A stretch of 64,000 bases of DNA from Auanema rhodensis (GCA_964057225.1 OZ059895.1:558001-622000), one strand, 5' to 3'; positions 27,201 to 43,173 are shown, counted from the stretch's first letter. Translations and numbers: made by a program. The notes: generated from the sequence alone by a model not told the origin.

Positions 27201-28080
27201 GAAAAATTTCAAAATAATTTAGCAAAAAGTAGATGTTTTTAGATTTCTTTTTTCAAGGCAAAGACGATGGACAATGTTATTCAACGAAAAAATTAATTCT
27301 TCAGGGTGAAAATCGAGGATATAAGTGTGAACTTATATCAGTTGATATCTCGGTGCATTTTTAAGTTAGCGCAAATCTGATAACACAGATCGACGCAGCT
27401 TACAAATCCGCATCGAATGCACTATACTACATCGAGAAACGCAAAATACAAAAATTAGTTATGATCGTTTGAAAAATGATGCATTAGTGTATGTTGAGTT
27501 TCCATGTACACTCAACATTGCTTCCAAAAACATTTTGACAAAAATTTTTTCGAAAAATTTCAAAATAATTTAGCAAAAAGTAGATGTTTTTAGATTCCAT
27601 TTTTCAAAGCAAAGACGATGGACAATGTTATTCAACGAAAAAATTAATTCTTCAGGGTGAAAATCGAGGATATAAGTGTGAACTTATATCAGTTGATATC
27701 TCGGTGCATTTTTAAGCTAGCGCAAATCTGATAACACAAATCGACGCAGCTTAAAAATCCGCATCGAATGCACTATACTACATTGAGAAACGCTTAATAC
27801 AAAAATTAGTTATGATCGTTTGAAAAATGATGCATTAGTGTATGTTGAGTTTCCATGTACACTCAACATTGCTTCCAAAAACATTTTGACAAAAAGTTTT
27901 TCGAAAAATTTCAAAATAATTTAGCAAAAAGTAGATGTTTTTAGATTTCTTTTTTCAAGGCAAAGACGATGGACAATGTTATTCAACGAAAAAATTAATT
28001 CTTCAGGGTGAAAATCGAGGATATAAGTGTGAACTTATATCAGTTGATATCTCGGTGCATTTTTAAGCTAGCGCAAATCT
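23869..28080. repeat. 3-mer higher-order repeat (1053 bp), 4 copies
   Basis: CATCGAGAAACGCAAAAT at 24271, 25324, 26377 and 27430. Confidence 0.9.
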
Positions 28081-31000
28081 GATAACACAGATCGACGCAG
28101 CTTAAAAATCCGCATCGAGTGCACTATACTACATTGAGAAACGCTTAATACAAAAATTAGTTTTGATCGTTTGAAAAATGATGCATTAGTGTATGTTGAG
28201 TTTCCATGTACACTCAACATTGCTTCCAAAAACATTTTGACAAAAATTTTTTCGAAAAATTTCAAGATAATTTAGCAAAAAGTAGATGTTTTTAGATTCC
28301 ATTTTTCAAAGCAGAGACGATGGACAATGTTATTCAACGAAAAAATTAATTCTTCAGGGTGAAAATCGAGGATATAAGTGTGAACTTATATCAGTTGATA
28401 TCTCGGTGCATTTTTAAGTTAGCGCAAATCTAATAACACAGATCGACGCAGCTTAAAAATCCGCATCGAATGCACTATACTACATTGAGAAACGCTTAAT
28501 ACAAAAATTAGTTATGATCGTTTGAAAAATGATGCATTACTGTATGTTGAGTTTCCATGTACACTCAACATTGCTTCCAAAAACATTTTGACAACAATTT
28601 TTTCGAAACATTTCAAAATAATTTAGCAAAAAGTAGATGTTTTTAGATTTCTTTTTTCAAGGCAAAGACGATGGACAATGTTATTCAACGAAAAAATTAA
28701 TTCTTCAGGGTGAAAATCGAGGATATAAGTGTGAACTTATATCAGTTGATATCTCGGTGCATTTTTAAGCTAGCGCAAATCTGATAACACAGATCGACGC
28801 AGCTTAAAAATCCACATCGAGTGCACTATACTACATTGAGAAACGCTTAATACAAAAATTAGTTTTGATCGTTTGAAAAATGATGCATTAGTGTATGTTG
28901 AGTTTCCATGTACACTCAACATTGCTTCCAAAAACATTTTGACAAAAATTTTTTCGAAAAATTTCAAAATAATTTAGCAAAAAGTAGATGTTTTTAGATT
29001 CCATTTTTGAAAGCAAAGACGATGGACAATGTTATTCAACGAAAAAATTAATTCTTCAGGGTGAAAATCGAGGATATAAGTGTGAACTTATATCAGTTGA
29101 TATCTCGGTGCATTTTTAAGTTAGCGCAAATCTGATAACACAGATCGACGCAGCTTAAAAATCCGCATCGAATGCACTATACTACATTGAGAAACGCTTA
29201 ATACAAAAATTAGTTATGATCGTTTGAAAAATGATGCATTAGTGTATGTTGAGTTTCCATGTACACTCAACATTGCTTCCAAAAACATTTTGACAACAAT
29301 TTTTTCGAAACATTTCAAAATAATTTAGCAAAAAGTAGATGTTTTTAGATTCCTTTTTTTGAGGCAAAGACGATGGACAATGTTATTCAACGAAAAAATT
29401 AATTCTTCAGGGTGAAAATTGAGGATATAAGTGTGAACTTATATCAGTTGATATCTCGGTGCATTTTTAAGCTAGCGCAAATCTGATAACACAAATCGAC
29501 GCAGCTTAAAAATCCGCATCGAATGCACTATACTACATTGAGAAACGCTTAATACAAAAATTAGTTATGATCGTTTGAAAAATGATGCATTAGTGTATGT
29601 TGAGTTTCCATGTACACTCAACATTGCTTCCAAAAACATTTTGACAAAAATTTTTTCGAAACATTTCAAAATAATTTAGCAAAAAGTAGATGTTTTTAGA
29701 TTCCTTTTTTTGAGGCAAAGACGATGGACAATGTTATTCAACGAAAAAATTAATTCTTCAGGGTGAAAATCGAGGATATAAGTGTGAACTTATATCAGTT
29801 GATATCTCGGTGCATTTTTAAGTTAGCGCAAATCTGATAACACAGATCGACGCAGCTTAAAAATTCGGATCGAATGCACTATATTACATTGAGAAACGCT
29901 TAATACAAAAATTAGTTATGATCGTTTGAAAAATGATGCATTAGTGTATGTTGAGTTTCCATGTACACTCAACATTGCTTCCAAAAACATTTTGACAAAA
30001 ATTTTTTCGAAAAATTTCAAAATAATTTAGCAAAAAGTAGATGTTTTTAGATTCCATTTTTCAAGGCAAAGACAATGGACATTGTTATTCAACGAAAAAA
30101 ATGATTCTTCAGGGTGAAAATCGAGGATATAAGTGTGAACTTATATCAGTTGATATCTCGGTGCATTTTTAAGCTAGCGCAAATATGATAACACAGATCG
30201 ACGCAGCTTAAAAATCCGCATCGAATGCACTATACTACATTGAGAAACGCTTAATACAAAAATTTGTTATGATCGTTTGAAAAATGATGCATTAGTGTAT
30301 GTTGAGTTTCCATGTACACTCAACATTGCTTCCAAAAACATTTTGACAAAAATTTTTTCGAAACATTTCAAAATAATTTAGCAAAAAGTAGATGTTTTTA
30401 GATTCCTTTTTTCAAGGCAAAGACGATGGACAATGTTATTCAACGAAAAAATTAATTCTTCAGGGTGAAAATCGAGGATATAAGTGTGAACTTATATCAG
30501 TTGATATCTCGGTGCATTTTTAAGCTAGCGCAAATCTGATAACACAGATCGACGCAGCTTAAAAATCGGCATCGAGTGCACTATACTACATTGAGAAACG
30601 CTTAATACAAAAATTAGTTATGATCGTTTGAAAAATGATGCAATAGTGTATGTTGAGTTTCCATGTACACTCAACATTGCTTCCAAAAACATTTTGACAA
30701 AAATTTTTTCGAAAAATTTCAAAATAATTTAGCAAAAAGTAGATGTTTTTAGATTCCTTTTTTTGAGGCAAAGACGATGGACAATGTTATTCAACGAAAA
30801 AATTAATTCTTCAGAGTGAAAATTGAGGATATAAGTGTGAACTTATATCAGTTGATATCTCGGTGCATTTTTAAGTTAGCGCAAATCTGATAACACAAAT
30901 CGACGCAGCTTAAAAATCCGCATCGAATGCACTATACTACATTGAGAAACGCTTAATACAAAAATTAGTTATGATCGTTTGAAAAATGATGCATTAGTGT

Positions 31001-32292
31001 ATGTTGAGTTTCCATGTACACTCAACATTGCTTCCAAAAACATTTTGACAAAAATTTTTTCGAAACATTTCAAAATAATTTAGCAGAAAGTAGATGTTTT
31101 TAGATTCCTTTTTTTGAGGCAAAGACGATGGACAATGTTATTCAACGAAAAAATTAATTCTTCAGGGTGAAAATCGAGGATATAAGTGTGAACTTATATC
31201 AGTTGATATCTCGGTGCATTTTTAAGTTAGCGCAAATCTGATAACACAGATCGACGCAGCTTAAAAATTCGGATCGAATGCACTATATTACATTGAGAAA
31301 CGCTTAATACAAAAATTAGTTATGATCGTTTGAAAAATGATGCATTAGTGTATGTTGAGTTTCCATGTACACTCAACATTGCTTCCAAAAACATTTTGAC
31401 AAAAATTTTTTCGAAAAATTTCAAAATAATTTAGCAAAAAGTAGATGTTTTTAGATTCCATTTTTCAAGGCAAAGACAATGGACATTGTTATTCAACGAA
31501 AAAAATGATTCTTCAGGGTGAAAATCGAGGATATAAGTGTGAACTTATATCAGTTGATATCTCGGTGCATTTTTAAGCTAGCGCAAATATGATAACACAG
31601 ATCGACGCAGCTTAAAAATCCGCATCGAATGCACTATACTACATTGAGAAACGCTTAATACAAAAATTTGTTATGATCGTTTGAAAAATGATGCATTAGT
31701 GTATGTTGAGTTTCCATGTACACTCAACATTGCTTCCAAAAACATTTTGACAAAAATTTTTTCGAAACATTTCAAAATAATTTAGCAAAAAGTAGATGTT
31801 TTTAGATTCCTTTTTTCAAGGCAAAGACGATGGACAATGTTATTCAACGAAAAAATTAATTCTTCAGGGTGAAAATCGAGGATATAAGTGTGAACTTATA
31901 TCAGTTGATATCTCGGTGCATTTTTAAGCTAGCGCAAATCTGATAACACAAATCGACGCAGCTTAAAAATCCGCATCGAATGCACTATACTACATTGAGA
32001 AACGCTTAATACAAAAATTAGTTATGATCGTTTGAAAAATGATGCATTAGTGTATGTTGAGTTTCCATGTACACTCAACATTGCTTCCAAAAACATTTTG
32101 ACAAAAATTTTTTCGGAAAATTTCAAAATAATTTAGCAAAAAGTAGATGTTTTTAGATTCCTTTTTTCAAGGCAAAGACGATGGACAATGTTATTCAACG
32201 AAAAAATTAATTCTTCAGGGAGAAAATCGAGGATATAAGTGTGAACTTATATCAGTTGATATCTCGGTGCATTTTTAAGCTAGCGCAAATCT

Positions 32293-35200
32293 GATAACAC
32301 AGATCGACGCAGCTTAAAAATCCGCATCGAGTGCACTATACTACATTGAGAAACGCTTAATACAAAAATTAGTTATGATCGTTTGAAAAATGATGCATTA
32401 GTGTATGTTGAGTTTCCATGTACACTCAACATTGCTTCCAAAAACATTTTGACAAAAATTTTTTCGAAAAATTTCAAAATAATTTAGCAAAAAGTAGATG
32501 TTTTTAGATTCCTTTTTTTGAGGCAAAGACGATGGACAATGTTATTCAACGAAAAAATTAATTCTTCAGAGTGAAAATTGAGGATATAAGTGTGAACTTA
32601 TATCAGTTGATATCTCGGTGCATTTTTAAGTTAGCGCAAATCTGATAACACAAATCGACGCAGCTTAAAAATCCGCATCGAATGCACTATACTACATTGA
32701 GAAACGCTTAATACAAAAATTAGTTATGATCGTTTGAAAAATGATGCATTAGTGTATGTTGAGTTTCCATGTACACTCAACATTGCTTCCAAAAACATTT
32801 TGACAAAAATTTTTTCGAAACATTTCAAAATAATTTAGCAAAAAGTAGATGTTTTTAGATTCCTTTTTTTGAGGCAAAGACGATGGACAATGTTATTCAA
32901 CGAAAAAATTAATTCTTCAGGGTGAAAATCGAGAATATAAGTGTGAACTTATATCAGTTGATATCTCGGTGCATTTTTAAGTTAGCGCAAATCTGATAAC
33001 ACAAATCGACGCAGCTTAAAAATCCGCATCGAATGCACTATACTACATTGAGAAACGCTTAATACAAAAATTAGTTATGATCGTTTGAAAAATGATGCAT
33101 TAGTGTATGTTGAGTTTCCATGTACACTCAACATTGCTTCCAAAAACATTTTGACAAAAATTTTTTCGAAAAATTTCAAAATAATTTAGCAAAAAGTAGA
33201 TGTTTTTAGATTCCTTTTTTTGAGGCAAAGACGATGGACAATGTTATTCAACGAAAAAATTAATTCTTCAGGGTGAAAATTGAGGATATAAGTGTGAACT
33301 TATATCAGTTGATATCTCGGTGCATTTTTAAGTTAGCGCAAATCTGATAACACAGATCGACGCAGCTTAAAAATCCGCATCGAATGCGCTATACTACATT
33401 TAGAAACGCTTAATACAAAAATTAGTTATGATCGTTTGAAAAATGATGCATTAGTGTATGTTGAGTTTCCATGTACACTCAACATTGCTTCCAAAAACAT
33501 TTTGACAAAAATTTTTTCGAAACATTTCAAAATAATTTAGCAAAGAGTAGATGTTTTTAGATTCCTTTTTCTGAGGCAAAGACGATGGACAATGTTATTC
33601 AACGAAAAAATTAATTCTTCAGGGTGAAAATCGAGGATATAAGTGTGAACTTATATCAGTTGATATCTCGGTGCATTTTTAAGTTAGCGCAAATCTGATA
33701 ACACAAATCGACGCAGCTTAAAAATCCGCATCGAATGCACTATACTACATTGAGAAACGCTTAATACAAAAATTAGTTATGATCGTTTGAAAAATGATGC
33801 AATAGTGTATGTTGAGTTTCCATGTACACTCAACATTGCTTCCAAAAACATTTTGACAAAAATTTTTTCGAAACATTTCAAAATAATTTAGCAAAAAGTA
33901 GATGTTTTTAGATTCCTTTTTTCAAGGCAAAGACGATGGACAATGTTATTCAACGAAAAAATTAATTCTTCAGGGAGAAAATCGAGGATATAAGTGTGAA
34001 CTTATATCAGTTGATATCTCGGTGCATTTTTAAGCTAGCGCAAATATGATAACACAGATCGACGCAGCTTAAAAATCCGCATCGAATGCACTATACTACA
34101 TTGAGAAACGCTTAATACAAAAATTTGTTATGATCGTTTGAAAAATGATGCATTAGTGTATGTTGAGTTTCCATGTACACTCAACATTGCTTCCAAAAAC
34201 ATTTTGACAAAAATTTTTTCGAAAAATTTCAAGATAATTTAGCAAAAAGTAGATGTTTTTAGATTCCTTTTTTCAAGGCAAAGACGATGGACAATGTTAT
34301 TCAACGAAAAAATTAATTCTTCAGGGAGAAAATCGAGGATATAAGTGTGAACTTATATCAGTTGATATCTCGGTGCATTTTTAAGCTAGCGCAAATCTGA
34401 TAACACAGATCGACGCAGCTTAAAAATCCGCATCGAGTGCACTATACTACATTGAGAAACGCTTAATACAAAAATTAGTTATGATCGTTTGAAAAATGAT
34501 GCATTAGTGTATGTTGAGTTTCCATGTACACTCAACATTGCTTCCAAAAACATTTTGACAAAAATTTTTTCGAAAAATTTCAAAATAATTTAGCAAAAAG
34601 TAGATGTTTTTAGATTCCTTTTTTTGAGGCAAAGACGATGGACAATGTTATTCAACGAAAAAATTAATTCTTCAGAGTGAAAATTGAGGATATAAGTGTG
34701 AACTTATATCAGTTGATATCTCGGTGCATTTTTAAGTTAGCGCAAATCTGATAACACAAATCGACGCAGCTTAAAAATCCGCATCGAATGCACTATACTA
34801 CATTGAGAAACGCTTAATACAAAAATTAGTTATGATCGTTTGAAAAATGATGCATTAGTGTATGTTGAGTTTCCATGTACACTCAACATTGCTTCCAAAA
34901 ACATTTTGACAAAAATTTTTTCGAAACATTTCAAAATAATTTAGCAAAAAGTAGATGTTTTTAGATTCCTTTTTTTGAGGCAAAGACGATGGACAATGTT
35001 ATTCAACGAAAAAATTAATTCTTCAGGGTGAAAATCGAGAATATAAGTGTGAACTTATATCAGTTGATATCTCGGTGCATTTTTAAGTTAGCGCAAATCT
35101 GATAACACAAATCGACGCAGCTTAAAAATCCGCATCGAATGCACTATACTACATTGAGAAACGCTTAATACAAAAATTAGTTATGATCGTTTGAAAAATG

Positions 35201-36504
35201 ATGCATTAGTGTATGTTGAGTTTCCATGTACACTCAACATTGCTTCCAAAAACATTTTGACAAAAATTTTTTCGAAAAATTTCAAAATAATTTAGCAAAA
35301 AGTAGATGTTTTTAGATTCCTTTTTTTGAGGCAAAGACGATGGACAATGTTATTCAACGAAAAAATTAATTCTTCAGGGTGAAAATTGAGGATATAAGTG
35401 TGAACTTATATCAGTTGATATCTCGGTGCATTTTTAAGTTAGCGCAAATCTGATAACACAGATCGACGCAGCTTAAAAATCCGCATCAAATGCGCTATAC
35501 TACATTCAGAAACGCTTAATACAAAAATTAGTTATGATCGTTTGAAAAATGATGCATTAGTGTATGTTGAGTTTCCATGTACACTCAACATTGCTTCCAA
35601 AAACATTTTGACAAAAATTTTTTCGAAACATTTCAAAATAATTTAGCAAAGAGTAGATGTTTTTAGATTCCTTTTTCTGAGGCAAAGACGATGGACAATG
35701 TTATTCAACGAAAAAATTAATTCTTCAGGGTGAAAATCGAGGATATAAGTGTGAACTTATATCAGTTGATATCTCGGTGCATTTTTAAGTTAGCGCAAAT
35801 CTGATAACACAAATCGACGCAGCTTAAAAATCCGCATCGAATGCACTATACTACATTGAGAAACGCTTAATACAAAAATTAGTTATGATCGTTTGAAAAA
35901 TGATGCAATAGTGTATGTTGAGTTTCCATGTACACTCAACATTGCTTCCAAAAACATTTTGACAAAAATTTTTTCGAAACATTTCAAAATAATTTAGCAA
36001 AAAGTAGATGTTTTTAGATTCCTTTTTTCAAAGCAAGGACGATGGACAATGTTATTCAACGAAAAAATTAATTCTTCAGGGAGAAAATCGAGGATATAAG
36101 TGTGAACTTATATCAGTTGATATCTCGGTGCATTTTTAAGCTAGCGCAAATATGATAACACAGATCGACGCAGCTTAAAAATCCGCATCGAATGCACTAT
36201 ACTACATTGAGAAACGCTTAATACAAAAATTTGTTATGATCGTTTGAAAAATGATGCATTAGTGTATGTTGAGTTTCCATGTACACTCAACATTGCTTCC
36301 AAAAACATTTTGACAAAAATTTTTTCGAAAAATTTCAAAATAATTTAGCAAAAAGTAGATGTTTTTAGATTCCTTTTTTCAAGGCAAAGACGATGGACAA
36401 TGTTATTCAACGAAAAAATTAATTCTTCAGGGAGAAAATCGAGGATATAAGTGTGAACTTATATCAGTTGATATCTCGGTGCATTTTTAAGCTAGCGCAA
36501 ATCT
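32293..36504. repeat. 6-mer higher-order repeat (2106 bp), 2 copies
   Basis: CGAGAATAT at 32934 and 35040; TGCGCTA/CAAAGAG/TTCTGAG monomers at 33346 and 35452. Confidence 0.88.
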
Positions 36505-39500
36505 GATAACACAGATCGACGCAGCTTAAAAATCCGCATCGAGTGCACTATACTACATTGAGAAACGCTTAATACAAAAATTAGTTATGATCGTTTGAAA
36601 AATGATGCATTAGTGTATGTTGAGTTTCCATGTACACTCAACATTGCTTCCAAAAACATTTTGACAAAAATTTTTTCGAAAAATTTCAAAATAATTTAGC
36701 AAAAAGTAGATGTTTTTAGATTCCTTTTTTTGAGGCAAAGACGATGGACAATGTTATTCAACGAAAAAATTAATTCTTCAGGGTGAAAATTGAGGATATA
36801 AGTGTGAACTTATATCAGTTGATATCTCGGTGCATTTTTAAGTTAGCGCAAATCTGATAACACAGATCGACGCAGCTTAAAAATCCGCATCGAATGCACT
36901 ATACTACATTGAGAAACGCTTAATACAAAAATTAGTTATGATCGTTTGAAAAATGATGCATTAGTGTATGTTGAGTTTCCATGTACACTCAACATTGCTT
37001 CCAAAAACATTTTGACAAAAATTTTTTCGAAACATTTCAAAATAATTTAGCAAAAAGTAGATGTTTTTAGATTCCTTTTTTTGAGGCAAAGACGATGGAC
37101 AATGTTATTCAACGAAAAAATTAATTCTTCAGGGTGAAAATCGAGGATATAAGTGTGAACTTATATCAGTTGATATCTCGGTGCATTTTTAAGTTAGCGC
37201 AAATCTGATAACACAAATCGACGCAGCTTAAAAATCCGCATCGAATGCACTATACTACATTGAGAAACGCTTAATACAAAAATTTGTTATGATCGTTTGA
37301 AAAATGATGCATTAGTGTATGTTGAGTTTCCATGTACACTCAACATTGCTTCCAAAAACATTTTGACAAAAATTTTTTCGAAAAATTTCAAAATAATTTA
37401 GCAAAAAGTAGATGTTTTTAGATTCCTTTTTTCAAGGCAAAGACGATGGACAATGTTATTCAACGAAAAAATTAATTCTTCAGGGAGAAAATCGAGGATA
37501 TAAGTGTGAACTTATATCAGTTGATATCTCGGTGCATTTTTAAGCTAGCGCAAATCTGATAACACAGATCGACGCAGCTTAAAAATCCGCATCGAGTGCA
37601 CTATACTACATTGAGAAACGCTTAATACAAAAATTAGTTATGATCGTTTGAAAAATGATGCATTAGTGTATGTTGAGTTTCCATGTACACTCAACATTGC
37701 TTCCAAAAACATTTTGACAAAAATTTTTTCGAAAAATTTCAAAATAATTTAGCAAAAAGTAGATGTTTTTAGATTCCTTTTTTTGAGGCAAAGACGATGG
37801 ACAATGTTATTCAACGAAAAAATTAATTCTTCAGAGTGAAAATTGAGGATATAAGTGTGAACTTATATCAGTTGATATCTCGGTGCATTTTTAAGTTAGC
37901 GCAAATCTGATAACACAAATCGACGCAGCTTAAAAATCCGCATCGAATGCACTATACTACATTGAGAAACGCTTAATACAAAAATTAGTTATGATCGTTT
38001 GAAAAATGATGCATTAGTGTATGTTGAGTTTCCATGTACACTCAACATTGCTTCCAAAAACATTTTGACAAAAATTTTTTCGAAACATTTCAAAATAATT
38101 TAGCAAAAAGTAGATGTTTTTAGATTCCTTTTTTCAAGGCAAAGACGATGGACAATGTTATTCAACGAAAAAATTAATTCTTCAGGGAGAAAATCGAGGA
38201 TATAAGTGTGAACTTATATCAGTTGATATCTCGGTGCATTTTTAAGCTAGCGCAAATCTGATAACACAGATCGACGCAGCTTAAAAATCCGCATCGAGTG
38301 CACTATACTACATTGAGAAACGCTTAATACAAAAATTAGTTATGATCGTTTGAAAAATGATGCATTAGTGTATGTTGAGTTTCCATGTACACTCAACATT
38401 GCTTCCAAAAACATTTTGACAAAAATTTTTTCGAAAAATTTCAAAATAATTTAGCAAAAAGTAGATGTTTTTAGATTCCTTTTTTTGAGGCAAAGACGAT
38501 GGACAATGTTATTCAACGAAAAAATTAATTCTTCAGGGTGAAAATTGAGGATATAAGTGTGAACTTATATCAGTTGATATCTCGGTGCATTTTTAAGTTA
38601 GCGCAAATCTGATAACACAGATCGACGCAGCTTAAAAATCCGCATCGAATGCACTATACTACATTGAGAAACGCTTAATACAAAAATTAGTTATGATCGT
38701 TTGAAAAATGATGCATTAGTGTATGTTGAGTTTCCATGTACACTCAACATTGCTTCCAAAAACATTTTGACAAAAATTTTTTCGAAACATTTCAAAATAA
38801 TTTAGCAAAAAGTAGATGTTTTTAGATTCCTTTTTTTGAGGCAAAGACGATGGACAATGTTATTCAACGAAAAAATTAATTCTTCAGGGTGAAAATCGAG
38901 GATATAAGTGTGAACTTATATCAGTTGATATCTCGGTGCATTTTTAAGTTAGCGCAAATCTGATAACACAAATCGACGCAGCTTAAAAATCCGCATCGAA
39001 TGCACTATACTACATTGAGAAACGCTTAATACAAAAATTAGTTATGATCGTTTGAAAAATGATGCATTAGTGTATGTTGAGTTTCCATGTACACTCAACA
39101 TTGCTTCCAAAAACATTTTGACAAAAATTTTTTCGAAAAATTTCGAAATAATTTAGCAAAAAGTAGATGTTTTTAGATTCCTTTTTTCAAGGCAAAGACG
39201 ATGGACAATGTTATTCAACGAAAAAATTAATTCTTCAGGGAGAAAATCGAGGATATAAGTGTGAACTTATATCAGTTGATATCTCGGTGCATTTTTAAGC
39301 TAGCGCAAATCTGATAACACAGATCGACGCAGCTTAAAAATCCGCATCGAGTGCACTATACTACATTGAGAAACGCTTAATACAAAAATTAGTTATGATC
39401 GTTTGAAAAATGATGCATTAGTGTATGTTGAGTTTCCATGTACACTCAACATTGCTTCCAAAAACATTTTGACAAAAATTTTTTCGAAAAATTTCAAAAT

Positions 39501-42500
39501 AATTTAGCAAAAAGTAGATGTTTTTAGATTCCTTTTTTTGAGGCAAAGACGATGGACAATGTTATTCAACGAAAAAATTAATTCTTCAGAGTGAAAATTG
39601 AGGATATAAGTGTGAACTTATATCAGTTGATATCTCGGTGCATTTTTAAGTTAGCGCAAATCTGATAACACAAATCGACGCAGCTTAAAAATCCGCATCG
39701 AATGCACTATACTACATTGAGAAACGCTTAATACAAAAATTAGTTATGATCGTTTGAAAAATGATGCATTAGTGTATGTTGAGTTTCCATGTACACTCAA
39801 CATTGCTTCCAAAAACATTTTGACAAAAATTTTTTCGAAAAATTTCAAAATAATTTAGCAAAAAGTAGATGTTTTTAGATTCCTTTTTTTGAGGCAAAGA
39901 CGATGGACAATGTTATTCAACGAAAAAATTAATTCTTCAGGGTGAAAATTGAGGATATAAGTGTGAACTTATATCAGTTGATATCTCGGTGCATTTTTAA
40001 GTTAGCGCAAATCTGATAACACAGATCGACGCAGCTTAAAAATCCGCATCGAATGCACTATACTACATTGAGAAACGCTTAATACAAAAATTAGTTATGA
40101 TCGTTTGAAAAATGATGCATTAGTGTATGTTGAGTTTCCATGTACACTCAACATTGCTTCCAAAAACATTTTGACAAAAATTTTTTCGAAACATTTCAAA
40201 ATAATTTAGCAAAAAGTAGATGTTTTTAGATTCCTTTTTTTGAGGCAAAGACGATGGACAATGTTATTCAACGAAAAAATTAATTCTTCAGGGTGAAAAT
40301 CGAGGATATAAGTGTGAACTTATATCAGTTGATATCTCGGTGCATTTTTAAGTTAGCGCAAATCTGATAACACAAATCGACGCAGCTTAAAAATCCGCAT
40401 CGAATGCACTATACTACATTGAGAAACGCTTAATACAAAAATTAGTTATGATCGTTTGAAAAATGATGCATTAGTGTATGTTGAGTTTCCATGTACACTC
40501 AACATTGCTTCCAAAAACATTTTGACAAAAATTTTTTCGAAAAATTTCAAAATAATTTAGCAAAAAGTAGATGTTTTTAGATTCCTTTTTTTGAGGCAAA
40601 GACGATGGACAATGTTATTCAACGAAAAAATTAATTCTTCAGGGTGAAAATTGAGGATATAAGTGTGAACTTATATCAGTTGATATCTCGGTGCATTTTT
40701 AAGTTAGCGCAAATCTGATAACACAGATCGACGCAGCTTAAAAATCCGCATCGAATGCGCTATACTACATTTAGAAACGCTTAATACAAAAATTAGTTAT
40801 GATCGTTTGAAAAATGATGCATTAGTGTATGTTGAGTTTCCATGTACACTCAACATTGCTTCCAAAAACATTTTGACAAAAATTTTTTCGAAACATTTCA
40901 AAATAATTTAGCAAAGAGTAGATGTTTTTAGATTCCTTTTTCTGAGGCAAAGACGATGGACAATGTTATTCAACGAAAAAATTAATTCTTCAGGGTGAAA
41001 ATCGAGGATATAAGTGTGAACTTATATCAGTTGATATCTCGGTGCATTTTTAAGTTAGCGCAAATCTGATAACACAAATCGACGCAGCTTAAAAATCCGC
41101 ATCGAATGCACTATACTACATTGAGAAACGCTTAATACAAAAATTAGTTATGATCGTTTGAAAAATGATGCAATAGTGTATGTTGAGTTTCCATGTACAC
41201 TCAACATTGCTTCCAAAAACATTTTGACAAAAATTTTTTCGAAACATTTCAAAATAATTTAGCAAAAAGTAGATGTTTTTAGATTCCTTTTTTCAAGGCA
41301 AAGACGATGGACAATGTTATTCAACGAAAAAATTAATTCTTCAGGGAGAAAATCGAGGATATAAGTGTGAACTTATATCAGTTGATATCTCGGTGCATTT
41401 TTAAGCTAGCGCAAATATGATAACACAGATCGACGCAGCTTAAAAATCCGCATCGAATGCACTATACTACATTGAGAAACGCTTAATACAAAAATTTGTT
41501 ATGATCGTTTGAAAAATGATGCATTAGTGTATGTTGAGTTTCCATGTACACTCAACATTGCTTCCAAAAACATTTTGACAAAAATTTTTTCGAAAAATTT
41601 CAAAATAATTTAGCAAAAAGTAGATGTTTTTAGATTCCTTTTTTCAAGGCAAAGACGATGGACAATGTTATTCAACGAAAAAATTAATTCTTCAGGGAGA
41701 AAATCGAGGATATAAGTGTGAACTTATATCAGTTGATATCTCGGTGCATTTTTAAGCTAGCGCAAATCTGATAACACAGATCGACGCAGCTTAAAAATCC
41801 GCATCGAGTGCACTATACTACATTGAGAAACGCTTAATACAAAAATTAGTTATGATCGTTTGAAAAATGATGCATTAGTGTATGTTGAGTTTCCATGTAC
41901 ACTCAACATTGCTTCCAAAAACATTTTGACAAAAATTTTTTCGAAAAATTTCAAAATAATTTAGCAAAAAGTAGATGTTTTTAGATTCCTTTTTTTGAGG
42001 CAAAGACGATGGACAATGTTATTCAACGAAAAAATTAATTCTTCAGGGTGAAAATTGAGGATATAAGTGTGAACTTATATCAGTTGATATCTCGGTGCAT
42101 TTTTAAGTTAGCGCAAATCTGATAACACAAATCGACGCAGCTTAAAAATCCGCATCGAATGCACTATACTACATTGAGAAACGCTTAATACAAAAATTAG
42201 TTATGATCGTTTGAAAAATGATGCATTAGTGTATGTTGAGTTTCCATGTACACTCAACATTGCTTCCAAAAACATTTTGACAAAAATTTTTTCGAAAAAT
42301 TTCAAAATAATTTAGCAAAAAGTAGATGTTTTTAGATTCCTTTTTTTGAGGCAAAGACGATGGACAATGTTATTCAACGAAAAAATTAATTCTTCAGGGT
42401 GAAAATTGAGGATATAAGTGTGAACTTATATCAGTTGATATCTCGGTGCATTTTTAAGTTAGCGCAAATCTGATAACACAGATCGACGCAGCTTAAAAAT

Positions 42501-43173
42501 CCGCATCGAATGCGCTATACTACATTTAGAAACGCTTAATACAAAAATTAGTTATGATCGTTTGAAAAATGATGCATTAGTGTATGTTGAGTTTCCATGT
42601 ACACTCAACATTGCTTCCAAAAACATTTTGACAAAAATTTTTTCGAAACATTTCAAAATAATTTAGCAAAGAGTAGATGTTTTTAGATTCCTTTTTTTGA
42701 GGCAAAGACGATGGACAATGTTATTCAACGAAAAAATTAATTCTTCAGGGTGAAAATCGAGGATATAAGTGTGAACTTATATCAGTTGATATCTCGGTGC
42801 ATTTTTAAGTTAGCGCAAATCTGATAACACAAATCGACGCAGCTTAAAAATCCGCATCGAATGCACTATACTACATTGAGAAACGCTTAATACAAAAATT
42901 AGTTATGATCGTTTGAAAAATGATGCAATAGTGTATGTTGAGTTTCCATGTACACTCAACATTGCTTCCAAAAACATTTTGACAAAAATTTTTTCGAAAC
43001 ATTTCAAAATAATTTAGCAAAAAGTAGATGTTTTTAGATTCCTTTTTTCAAGGCAAAGACGATGGACAATGTTATTCAACGAAAAAATTAATTCTTCAGG
43101 GAGAAAATCGAGGATATAAGTGTGAACTTATATCAGTTGATATCTCGGTGCATTTTTAAGCTAGCGCAAATCT
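36505..43173. repeat. Two successive imperfect 5-mer (1755-bp) duplications
   Basis: CAGAGTG monomers at 37558 and 39313; TGCGCTA monomers at 40717 and 42472, each followed by a GCAATAG monomer. Confidence 0.7.

Noticed and set aside
4902-28967. Repeated 65-aa (and one 89-aa) minus-strand ORFs, MKFFEKIF...
   Set aside because: They exist only where the monomer SNP GTTATG>GTTTTG turns a minus-strand TAA into AAA. They have TTG starts, F/K/I/S-biased composition and no recognisable domain, and most copies are closed. They are useful only as HOR markers.
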